Positions 18,788 through 27,009 of a stretch of DNA of 29,210 nt are shown piece by piece; position 1 is the stretch's first letter; the number at the start of each line of letters is the position of its first letter. Both the position numbers and the translations under genes were made by a program. The stretch comes from Candidatus Bathyarchaeia archaeon. Lineage in GTDB: Archaea > Thermoproteota > Bathyarchaeia > Bathyarchaeales > Bathycorpusculaceae. The DNA lies in NCBI GenBank assembly GCA_037481775.1, contig JBBFKZ010000019.1:1-29210 (forward strand), read 5' to 3'. The notes under the pieces are model-generated. The model saw only the letters and a list, made by a program, of their open reading frames with translations. It searched no databases and was not told where the DNA came from.

Positions 18788-19679
18788 TTAGGCGGAGAGG
18801 AAGCCGCCGTCAACGGCGATAAGTGCGCCGTGCACGTAACTTGAAAGGTCGCAAGCAAGCACGAGAGCCATACGGGCGATTTCATCTGGTTCACCCAGCC
18901 GCCCCAAGGGCAGTCGCTGACGGTACTCTAAGCCTGTTTGGATTATGCCCACGTTGAATTTGAGCGCTTCCTTAACCAGCTTTTTGGTTCCCTCGGTGAA
19001 GACGCCGCCCGGTATCAGCGCGTTTATTCTGAATCCGTGTCTGCCGTCTATTCGTCCTCAGCCACGTGTAATCAGGATACCCGTATTCGTGTATCAGCGC
19101 GTTTATTCTGAATCCGTGTCTGCCGTACTCGGCGGCTAATGAACGCGTGAGCATTATGACGCCGACTTTGCTTATGCCATAGGGCACCAGATCCTCCTTA
19201 ACGGGCATTACGGCTTCGACAGAGCCGACGTTGATTATTACGCCGCCACGTTTCCCGCGGCTCTTTATCATTTTTTGGCACATCCATAGAACCGAGTTCA
19301 AATTTATGTCCAGCACCTTCTGCAGAAAGGCTTCATCCAATTCCAAAAAATCCCTCAGCGGATAGATGCCAGCGTTATTCACGAGTATGTCTGGCTCTTT
19401 GCCTTCAAGCACGCGCCACAGCTGGTCAATCTCGGATTTACGGCTAAGATCCACCTTGTGGACGTTGATTTTCACATTAAATTCCGCAAGCTCGTTTCTT
19501 GCGCCCTCAAGTTTCTCTGCGTCTAAATCAATAAGATCCAAGTCTGCGCCAGCCTCAGCGAAACGGTGGGCTATTGCCCGGCCAATGCCTGAAGCAGCGC
19601 CAGTAACCAAGGCGATTTTGCCACGTAAAGAAATAAGCTCCATCAAGCCTTTCGTTTTCTTCTCGCCCGAGCTAAGCAT
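18788..19679 (-). pseudogene. SDR family oxidoreductase (FabG-like), frameshifted by a 79-bp insertion
   Basis: N-terminal part has TGAASGIG, NNAG and YGISK. The C-terminal part lies in another frame: PGGVFTEG...LPLGRLGEPDEIA...SYVHGALIAVDGGFLSA*. Deleting 79 bp (one repeat plus the insert) gives 813 bp, an intact 270-aa SDR. Confidence 0.92.
19012..19126. repeat. Perfect 36-bp direct repeat flanking a 43-bp unique insert (CRISPR-like repeat-spacer-repeat unit)
   Basis: gtatcagcgcgtttattctgaatccgtgtctgccgt at 19012-19047 and 19091-19126; insert at 19048-19090. Confidence 0.97.
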
Positions 19680-19782
19680 GTCCAACCCATCCACCAACAC
19701 TCAGTTTAATTATGGCTGCTGCATAGAAAAAGTTTGCTAGCCCCCAATTACCTGATAAAAACGGGCTGCCGAAGCTTGCCGC

Positions 19783-20001
19783 TCAATGCTTGCGCCTTTT
19801 GAAGTAGGCCAGCAAACCCACGCAGATAATGGCGACTATCGTTACAGAAACAGCCGCTACCGGCAAGCTAGGAAAAGGCTCTTTTGGCATGGGCGTAGGC
19901 GTTGAGTTTTGAACCGAGAAAACAATAGGCAGTGTGGATTCGCTACTATAATGAAGCTGGTGCGAACTGTTAACAGCACATATAACGAAGTTGACCGTAA
20001 C
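19783..20001 (-). pseudogene. Orphan C-terminus of a surface protein (PT linker, EPFP, TM helix, basic tail)
   Basis: ...IVFSVQNSTPTPMPKEPFPSLPVAAVSVTIVAIICVGLLAYFKRRKH*. The frame is closed upstream by TAA at 20002-20004, with no plausible start or signal peptide. Confidence 0.75.
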
Positions 20002-20203
20002 TTACGTATTTTGGAACGAAGAGCTCGTTACTCAACGATCCCCTGGTCGTAAACGTATCATTCGTTTGAATTTAAAAAATGAAAAAACATTGGTTTCGCT
20101 TAAAATCCTGAAGATCCTGGAGCACTCGGTTGACATTAAGCAACTCCGCAGAAGCCTAAAACGCCTCATGGAAAACACCACAGAAAATGGCAAGCTTTTC
20201 TAA
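19991..20203 (+). pseudogene. Fragment of a winged-helix regulator (wing plus C-terminal helix only)
   Basis: EELVTQRSPGRKRIIRLNLKNEKTLVSLKILKILE looks like an ArsR-type wing; the HTH helices are absent. Confidence 0.5.
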
Positions 20204-20235
20204 TAAAAAATAAGTCAGAAGCAAGCCTGATTGAA

Positions 20236-20313
20236 TGGTGCTCCGGCCGGGATTCGGACCCGGGTCTTCGGCTCGAAAGGCCGAAATACTTGACCGGACT
20301 ATACTACCGGAGC
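20236..20313 (-). tRNA. tRNA-Glu(TTC), CCA encoded, non-canonical T loop
   Basis: Acceptor GCTCCGG/CCGGAGC; anticodon arm TCGGC-CTTTCGA-GCCGA; T arm CCGGG-TCCGAAT-CCCGG. Confidence 0.93.
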
Positions 20314-20441
20314 ACGTCTTAAGCCGAAGCATCATGCAAATGTTTTTTCACTCGAATAAACCTTGCTCTCTTTTCAGCTGAAAATATTTCTAATTTGCGC
20401 TTTCCAGCGTGGGATGCATGTATGGCGCGGGCTGCGAAATG

Positions 20442-21722
20442 TCAGTAGGATATCTTGGCGGTTTCAGGAATCTTGCCTAGAATCTTCGCTGTTGCGCGTT
20501 CAACTTTTTCACGGTAAGCCGCTGTCGTGTAAACGCGCATTATGTTGATGAAGCCCTTCAGGTTCTCGATGATTTTGGAGACGTCGCTGAGGCGATGCGG
20601 CGTTTTCTTGCCTGCTTGGCTTCGGCTGAAAACGGGTATCTCCATGGACTCCATGAGCACCGCATGGTGATAAGGCACCGAAGGCACAGTAGGCACGTCG
20701 ATGACCACTGCTTCTGCCGCCACACCCGCTTCCTTTGCGATTTCGCTCTGCATCTGCCGGCGGTAGGCTTCGCGCCCGAAAATGTTCGAAATCATCGTGT
20801 CCTTCTGGTAGAATGTTCGCTCATAGGCGCACTTCAGCATTCGCCGCCTCTCCAAATCGGCAATTATCTCTTTGGAGGCCTTACAGTTTTTCAATGCAAC
20901 CCAAACAGTGCAGTCGTCCATAGCTAAATACTCCTCAGGTGTCTTAAACGCTGTTAAGCCAAGCTCCGCGTTTGCTCTTTCCATGGCCATGGCAAGCATG
21001 ATCTGCGCTGCTCGGCCGACGCGGTGAAAATAGATGCTTTTAAACGACTCGATGCGGGCTATCATGAAGGCTTCCAGCGCCGAGAGAGCGCCCACCTCCA
21101 CCGCCAAGTCCTCTCCTAAAACGTCAACCGCATGGATCAGCCGGAACACGTCGATGAACCCATACTCCGCGCCCGTGTGGAAAGTATCGCGCACAATAAA
21201 GTCCTGCTTATCCACGTCCACAGCGCTGCTTATTATCTGGTCAAGGAAGGCTTTGCCGGGCTTGTACAGCTTACCCACCGCAAGCTTCGCCACTTCCTCA
21301 GGCTTATAGCCCATTTTAGCAAGCTTATCGCCTAACTCGCTTTTCTCAATAATCCACGACGTGATATCCTCATGCGTCTTCTCCAAATCCTTAATCAGCA
21401 ACTGCTCAAACACATGCGAAAAGGGACCGTGACCCACATCATGAAGCAACGCTGCAATGCGAGATAAATTAGCCTCTTCATCGCTCACAAGCCTAGAAAT
21501 GTTCGGGTTCTCAACAACCTTGCCGGCTAAATACATGGTGCCGACGCAGTGCTCAAACCGCGTGTGGTTCGCGCCTGGGTAAACATACTCGGAGCCGGCC
21601 AGCTGCCGCAGCCGCCGTAGCCGCTGCATCGGATACGAGTCAATAAGCTCCTTCTCCGCTTCAGTGATGTACACGTATCCATGCACGGGATCCTTAATTT
21701 CGCCCCAATATGCTTTAGGCAT
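20442..21722 (-). CDS. HD-domain phosphohydrolase (COG1078, dNTP triphosphohydrolase/SAMHD1-like)
   Basis: IKDPVHGY, QRLRRLRQL, YPGANHTRFEH, ALLHDVGHGPFSH, DVDKQDFIVRD and IYFHRV motifs. Confidence 0.93.
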   Translation of the reverse strand: MPKAYWGEIKDPVHGYVYITEAEKELIDSYPMQRLRRLRQLAGSEYVYPGANHTRFEHCVGTMYLAGKVVENPNISRLVSDEEANLSRIAALLHDVGHGPFSHVFEQLLIKDLEKTHEDITSWIIEKSELGDKLAKMGYKPEEVAKLAVGKLYKPGKAFLDQIISSAVDVDKQDFIVRDTFHTGAEYGFIDVFRLIHAVDVLGEDLAVEVGALSALEAFMIARIESFKSIYFHRVGRAAQIMLAMAMERANAELGLTAFKTPEEYLAMDDCTVWVALKNCKASKEIIADLERRRMLKCAYERTFYQKDTMISNIFGREAYRRQMQSEIAKEAGVAAEAVVIDVPTVPSVPYHHAVLMESMEIPVFSRSQAGKKTPHRLSDVSKIIENLKGFINIMRVYTTAAYREKVERATAKILGKIPETAKISY

Positions 21723-21805
21723 TCCTGAACGTCTCCGCTCTTGTAAGTTATATTTAGGTGTCTCCCTATAATGTGTAGCGCTAGTTCAAGGTGAGCTGAC
21801 GGAAG

Positions 21806-22405
21806 TTGACTAAAAGAGGCGCGTTCATCTGTCTTGAAGGCTTAGATGGCTCTGGAAAAACCACACAAGCGAAAATGCTTGCTGAAAAACTTAAAGGGGG
21901 CTATAACGCGGTTTACACGGCAGAGCCCAGCCGCGGCAAAATCGGCACCTTCATCCGCAAACATTGCCTTTACGGTGAAAAACGGCTTCCAAGCGCTGTT
22001 GAAGCATTACTCTTTGCGGCAGACCGCATGGAACACGTGGCAACAGAAATTCTTCCCGCCGTAGAGCAAGGGCGCCTTGTCATTTCAGACCGCTACCTCT
22101 ACTCATCCATAGCCTATCAGGGCGCTGCTGGCTTGAGCATAGAATGGATAGAAACGATAAATGAGTATGCACTTAAGCCAGACCTGGCAGTTTTCATAGA
22201 CGTTGACCCTAAAACCGCCATGAAACGGCTGAAACCAAACAAATCCGTGATGGAAAATCTGGAGACACAGCAGAAGGTGCGTATGATATACCTTAAATTT
22301 GTGGAGAAGGGCAGTCTCGTCAGAGTCAACGGTAATCAGCCTAAGACTGCAGTAGCCCGAGAACTATACGCGGTAGTAAAAAGATTCTTGGATACGTTTT
22401 ACTGA
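21806..22405 (+). CDS. tmk: Thymidylate kinase
   Basis: FICLEGLDGSGKTTQ, EPS, LLFAADR, SDRYLYSSIAYQG and KPDL motifs. Confidence 0.96.
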   Translation: MTKRGAFICLEGLDGSGKTTQAKMLAEKLKGGYNAVYTAEPSRGKIGTFIRKHCLYGEKRLPSAVEALLFAADRMEHVATEILPAVEQGRLVISDRYLYSSIAYQGAAGLSIEWIETINEYALKPDLAVFIDVDPKTAMKRLKPNKSVMENLETQQKVRMIYLKFVEKGSLVRVNGNQPKTAVARELYAVVKRFLDTFY

Positions 22406-22917
22406 TAATAGTCAGTCTCAACCAGCTTTAACACTTTCCGCGCAGAAGCCCTGTTAATCTGATTCACCAGGAAGCTGGTGATGTCCCGCGGGGAAATGTA
22501 TCTTGGGCCTCTTTCATGGTGAACCTGGATTTGCACGGAACCTTGGCTGAAAATAAAGCGCACGAAGTAATAGTCAAATTTCAACGGTGCCCTCTTCTCG
22601 CCAGCGGTTTTATAGTAACGTGCTACACAGAAGAAGTCCATTAGCTGAAGCGGGCCTTTCCTTAAGGCGTGGAGCACTTTCTTTGTTTCTTCCTCGTCTA
22701 CGTAGCTGAAGCTTGATTCCTCAGCCAGACCTATCTCGAATATCACTGATCCATTGGGTACTGTAGGGGTAGCAATTTCCTCAAAACTGAAAGGTTTGCG
22801 ATTCATGTCTCGTAGCACCTGTATTAGCTTCTCCTGAAGTTTCCTAGCTGAAAGCACAGAGGCAAAGTCTTCCGCGCTGTGAACATTTGCGGGGAAATTC
22901 GCGTAAAACCCCAACAT
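22399..22917 (-). CDS. Hypothetical protein
   Basis: 172-aa ORF co-oriented behind the UPF0148 gene; contains PLKFDYY and HERGPRYISP; function not recognised. Confidence 0.75.
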   Translation of the reverse strand: MLGFYANFPANVHSAEDFASVLSARKLQEKLIQVLRDMNRKPFSFEEIATPTVPNGSVIFEIGLAEESSFSYVDEEETKKVLHALRKGPLQLMDFFCVARYYKTAGEKRAPLKFDYYFVRFIFSQGSVQIQVHHERGPRYISPRDITSFLVNQINRASARKVLKLVETDYYQ

Positions 22918-22934
22918 CTTTTCGGCTCTGCCCT

Positions 22935-23294
22935 TTAGCCCTTTTTCATTTTCTTAACCTTTTCCAAGCTGCTTAGCAGTTCGGAAAGTGCTGTGCTGAG
23001 CTTCTGCAACTCATCCACGTTCTCGGTGTTTTGAATCTTCGCCTGTATCTCTGCCACTTTAGCTAAAAGCGTGGCTTCAAGCTTGTCATAAGCCAGGCTA
23101 CGCAGCGCATCTGGCTCTTCATCCTCTTTTACCACGATAACTTTCTTTTCACAATTACCGCACCATAAAGTTCCATCCTTAAGCCTGAAAATCGGCGAAG
23201 CACAAGCAGGGCATGCCAACTCGGTTAAAGTTGCGCCTTGCCTTAGCAGGTCAGCCATACGTTTAATATGCTCATCTGTGGCTTTCTCTTGCAT
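22935..23294 (-). CDS. UPF0148 / SSSCA1 (autoantigen p27) zinc-ribbon protein
   Basis: MADLLRQGATLTELACPACASPIFRLKDGTLWCGNC. Confidence 0.92.
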   Translation of the reverse strand: MQEKATDEHIKRMADLLRQGATLTELACPACASPIFRLKDGTLWCGNCEKKVIVVKEDEEPDALRSLAYDKLEATLLAKVAEIQAKIQNTENVDELQKLSTALSELLSSLEKVKKMKKG

Positions 23295-23370
23295 CCTTGA
23301 CCCTAAAAGTAAATACGTGTCAAAGCTTATATAACTTGGTTACTGCGCTATTGCATTAGAGTTGATGCGT

Positions 23371-23649
23371 ATGGTGCGGAAGAAGAAAGCTCAGGAATAT
23401 GAAGAGAAAATTAAACAAGCATTAACTGTGCTTAACGAAGTCTCAGAAGACAGCACAACTCCCAGAAATATTAGACGCACAGCAAAAGACGCAATGAATG
23501 CGCTGCAAAGCCCAGAGTTCACGCCTGCTGTGCGCGCCTCAAACGCCATATCGCTGTTAGATGAAATCCTGCAGGACCCAAACATGCCACCTTACACGCG
23601 AGTGAAACTGTGGAACGTCATGAGCCTCATAGAAGCCATAAAAGACTAG
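23371..23649 (+). CDS. UPF0147 family protein
   Basis: DSTTPRNIRR, VRASNAISLLDEILQDPNMPPYTR motifs; start ambiguous (23362, 23365 or 23371). Confidence 0.92.
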   Translation: MVRKKKAQEYEEKIKQALTVLNEVSEDSTTPRNIRRTAKDAMNALQSPEFTPAVRASNAISLLDEILQDPNMPPYTRVKLWNVMSLIEAIKD

Positions 23650-23925
23650 CCTCAAAATCACACTATATTTTTTCAGTTATTACAAAACCATAATTGCTTT
23701 TGCCGCTACACACTTATGCTCTTTAAAGAAAAAACGGAGCCGTACATTAAAATTTGCAGTCGCGGATCAATAACGAGCTCTGTGAAGAGGCAGGAATGAG
23801 GCAAATTAACAAAGCTTTTCTCCGTCAAGTTCCACGGTGAGCATTCTCTTTCTCCACAGCTTATTCGTTAGAAATATATGCTAGTTGTTACATGTAAGTT
23901 TGGGTTCCAACGAGGACGATACCCC

Positions 23926-25311
23926 TTGAAATATGATGTAATCATCGTGGGTGCAGGTCCAGCAGGCATATTCTCAGCTTTAGAACTAACAGAAAAAAAC
24001 AAACTAAACGTCCTAATTCTCGACAGAGGCCCTGACATAGACAAGCGCCGATGTCCATCAAGCCGCGGCTTCGACTGCCAGCACTGCGAGCCATGCTCGG
24101 TGCTCTCAGGCTGGGGCGGCGCAGGCGCCTACAGTGACGGCAAACTTACACTGTCCACGGAGGTAGGCGGCTGGCTTAACCAGTACATCTCAAACAAAGA
24201 GCTGGAAGAGCTTATAAAATACGTAGACGGCATATACCTAAAGTACGGTGCTGATCCGCAGGTCTACGGGGAAGACCCGGAAAAGGTTGATGAAATCGAG
24301 CGGAAGGCGTCTTTGGCCGGTTTGAGGCTCATCAGGCAGAAAATCCGCCACATGGGTACGGAGAAATGCGCGGAGACGCTGCGCCGTATGCGTCGAGAAC
24401 TGAACAGCAAAGTCACGTTCCAGCCCAGAACAGACGTTAAGAGCCTCCTCGTGGAAAACCACGTAATAAAAGGTGTTGAAACCGCAAACGGTGAAAAATT
24501 CTACGGCAAATATGTCATAATCGCGCCGGGTAGAAGCGGCGCTGAATGGCTTCAAAATGAAGCCCAGTTTCACGGCTTGAAAAACGTGAACAACCCTGTG
24601 GACATAGGCGTGAGAGTTGAAGTTTTAGCCTCAGTTATGGAAGAATTAACTAAAACGCTTTATGAGCCAAAGCTCATCTATTACTCAAAGGTTTTCGATG
24701 ATCAGGTTCGCACATTCTGCGTTTCACCTTACGGCGAAGTCACAACAGAATCGTATGATGGAGTGTTAACAGTTAACGGGCAAAGTTATGCTGAAAGAAA
24801 AACGAAAAACACCAACTTCGCCATTCTTGTAAGCACTTCCTTCACGGAGCCTTTCAAGGAGCCCATTGCCTACGGAAAATACGTCGCAAGACTTTCAAAC
24901 TTGCTCAGCGGAGGCGTGATAGTGCAGCGTCTAGGCGACTTGGTCGCTGGCAGGCGCTCAACGCCTGAGCGGCTAGCTAGAAGCGTTGTAACGCCAACGC
25001 TGAAGAGCGCTACGCCAGGAGACTTAAGCTTCGTGTTACCATACCGTTACTTGGCGGACATCAGGGAAATGCTGCAGGCGCTGGATACAATCGCGCCGGG
25101 CGTTCATTCAAGGGATACGTTGCTATATGGCATAGAGGTGAAATTCTACTCTTCACACTTGCAGTTAAACAATGTATTGGAAACAAAAATCCAGAATATG
25201 TTCACAATTGGCGACGGCGCCGGCGTCACCCGAGGCCTAGTGCAGGCTTCAGCTTCAGGCGTAATAGTGGCTAGGGAAATACTTAGAAGAGAAAAACTGA
25301 AGGCGCAATAA
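23926..25311 (+). CDS. NAD(P)/FAD-dependent oxidoreductase (COG2509-like)
   Basis: YDVIIVGAGPAG, CxxCxPC, GWGGAGAYSDGKL, DIGVRVE, RTFC, EVKFYS and GDGAGVTRG motifs; TTG 23926 follows GAGGA. Confidence 0.92.
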   Translation: MKYDVIIVGAGPAGIFSALELTEKNKLNVLILDRGPDIDKRRCPSSRGFDCQHCEPCSVLSGWGGAGAYSDGKLTLSTEVGGWLNQYISNKELEELIKYVDGIYLKYGADPQVYGEDPEKVDEIERKASLAGLRLIRQKIRHMGTEKCAETLRRMRRELNSKVTFQPRTDVKSLLVENHVIKGVETANGEKFYGKYVIIAPGRSGAEWLQNEAQFHGLKNVNNPVDIGVRVEVLASVMEELTKTLYEPKLIYYSKVFDDQVRTFCVSPYGEVTTESYDGVLTVNGQSYAERKTKNTNFAILVSTSFTEPFKEPIAYGKYVARLSNLLSGGVIVQRLGDLVAGRRSTPERLARSVVTPTLKSATPGDLSFVLPYRYLADIREMLQALDTIAPGVHSRDTLLYGIEVKFYSSHLQLNNVLETKIQNMFTIGDGAGVTRGLVQASASGVIVAREILRREKLKAQ

Positions 25312-25312
25312 A

Positions 25313-26065
25313 ATGGTAGTAGCCCAGAGCATCAGGTGCTCGCACTGCGGCGCGCCTGTGGAATTCAATCCCGGCGAGATAATCGCCACATGCCGATACT
25401 GCGGCTTCATGACCGTCATAGAAACTGGGCAATCATACAATTTTGAGCATGCGCTATTGCTGAACAAGTATGACGAAAAGCAAATAGAAGAGCCCGTGAA
25501 GAACTGGATGCAAACTGGCTTTCTTAAGCCGCCTGACCTTGCCAGAAAATCAAAAATTCTTGAGAAAAACCTCGTTTACCTGCCGTTTTGGATCGTTTCT
25601 GTTGAAGCTACAACAAGCTATAAGGGAATATTCGAACGCATAACACCTCCGATTGTTAAGGAAGGCAAAATTCAGAAAGAGTATGATTGGCTTGTTTTGG
25701 CGAGAGAAGCCGCAGGATTCCCAACAAGAGAATACGACGTGCCGTTAGAAGGAAAAATTCCCTACGACTTCCGCAAGATTGAAGGCTTCGCCAAGGTTTT
25801 AAACAGCGAAATCGACAAGGAAGAAGCTTTAGAAAAAGCAAAGCAGCAAATCGAAGCGCACCATCAATTTCTCCTTCAACAGGAACTTGACCGCATAATT
25901 GAGATGAGCACCGCGTTCAATGTGAAGCAAGCAGTTTACTTACATGCGCCAGTATGGTTCATAAAATACGAATACAGAAGCAGAAACTATCAGTTGCTGA
26001 TAGACGGCGCTACTGGCAACGTCATAAAGGGAGAAATACCGCAAAAAGGCTTCGGAATATTTTAA
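25313..26065 (+). CDS. Zinc-ribbon protein, YdjG-like
   Basis: CSHCGA...CRYCG N-terminus; YLPFW and LHAPVW...IDGATG motifs. Confidence 0.75.
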   Translation: MVVAQSIRCSHCGAPVEFNPGEIIATCRYCGFMTVIETGQSYNFEHALLLNKYDEKQIEEPVKNWMQTGFLKPPDLARKSKILEKNLVYLPFWIVSVEATTSYKGIFERITPPIVKEGKIQKEYDWLVLAREAAGFPTREYDVPLEGKIPYDFRKIEGFAKVLNSEIDKEEALEKAKQQIEAHHQFLLQQELDRIIEMSTAFNVKQAVYLHAPVWFIKYEYRSRNYQLLIDGATGNVIKGEIPQKGFGIF

Positions 26066-26122
26066 CTAAACTCTTAAAAGCGAGATTCCACTCCATACTC
26101 AAATAAGCGGTACTCACGAGGG

Positions 26123-26470
26123 ATGGAATTGAAATCGGACAGAAAAGTTTTTGATTATGGTGTAGGCGCCCTCGTTGTTCTTATCGCATCGCTTGGTTGT
26201 GCCGCAGTAATTTACGGTTTACCTCTGTTGGCATTTAATTTATTAAATCTTCCCGCATGGATTTTTGGGCCATTAGGCGTGTACACGCTGACCTATGCCG
26301 TTATCGCCAGTAAGGATTCCACGTATTACTTGGTTTGGGGTAGCATAATGTTCGCCATCGCCATTATATCCGCGTTTTATACTGCGGTGAATTCTATTGT
26401 CATAATAGGTGTTCTCGCCGTGGTCATAGCCATCATGGGTATTTTAGCATACCAGAGGAGTAAAAAATGA
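26123..26470 (+). CDS. Small 4-TM membrane protein
   Basis: 115 aa, almost entirely hydrophobic; ATGA overlap with the next gene. Confidence 0.85.
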   Translation: MELKSDRKVFDYGVGALVVLIASLGCAAVIYGLPLLAFNLLNLPAWIFGPLGVYTLTYAVIASKDSTYYLVWGSIMFAIAIISAFYTAVNSIVIIGVLAVVIAIMGILAYQRSKK

Positions 26471-27009
26471 GTGAAAAAGACTATTTGGGAAAAGTCAAAG
26501 GTGAACGCACCCTTCTTGAGAAAATCATGAGTTACATTCCAGGATACAGAGGCTACAAGGAGAAGGAGCTACGAAGAGAAAGCGATCGACTGGTCAGAAT
26601 GGAAATTGTTAACAAACTTAAAGCTGCAAAAACAGATTTCCGAAGAGCATTCGCCAATCCATCAGCTGTCCAGAAGCTGTCAGCTGACGATACATATCGT
26701 TTTGAAGCCTTTAACGCCAGAATTGACAGAGTTACTCAGCGCATAGACCGCGCAGTTGCTGGGTACGCAGGCATGTTCGACGCAGTGAAAGTTAAAGAAA
26801 ACAAACTTGACGCCGTCACCGAGCATGACTTAAGCCTGATAGAAAAGGCAGAAGCAGTGAAAGCAAGCGTTAAAAAAACTAATCAACTTGAGCCTGGAAC
26901 AGAAGAGTGGCGCGCCGCGATGGATGCGGTAATAGCGGCAATTGAGGAGCTGAATAAGCTTGTTGATGAGCGCGTGAGCATTCTTAGGGGACTGGGAGGT
27001 GAAGCGTGA
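26467..27009 (+). CDS. All-helical hypothetical protein associated with the SPFH gene
   Basis: LLEKIMSYIPGYRGYKEKELRRESD and GYAGMFDAVKV motifs; overlaps both neighbours by 4 bp. Confidence 0.85.
   Translation: MSEKDYLGKVKGERTLLEKIMSYIPGYRGYKEKELRRESDRLVRMEIVNKLKAAKTDFRRAFANPSAVQKLSADDTYRFEAFNARIDRVTQRIDRAVAGYAGMFDAVKVKENKLDAVTEHDLSLIEKAEAVKASVKKTNQLEPGTEEWRAAMDAVIAAIEELNKLVDERVSILRGLGGEA

Noticed and set aside
19012-19126. Canonical CRISPR array, or BHB mRNA intron explaining the SDR interruption
   Set aside because: Only two repeats, the repeat is SDR coding sequence, and no leader or cas genes are nearby. The palindromic 4-mers (CGCG, GCGC) do not give flanking pairs for a bulge-helix-bulge.
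18972-19700. 242-aa ORF as an intact SDR
   Set aside because: Its tail after RINALI is the insert plus out-of-frame sequence; the true C-terminus continues to 18788.
23765-23872. Imperfect long-range inverted repeat, possible ncRNA
   Set aside because: Pairing is short and gapped, with no recognisable family or C/D boxes.
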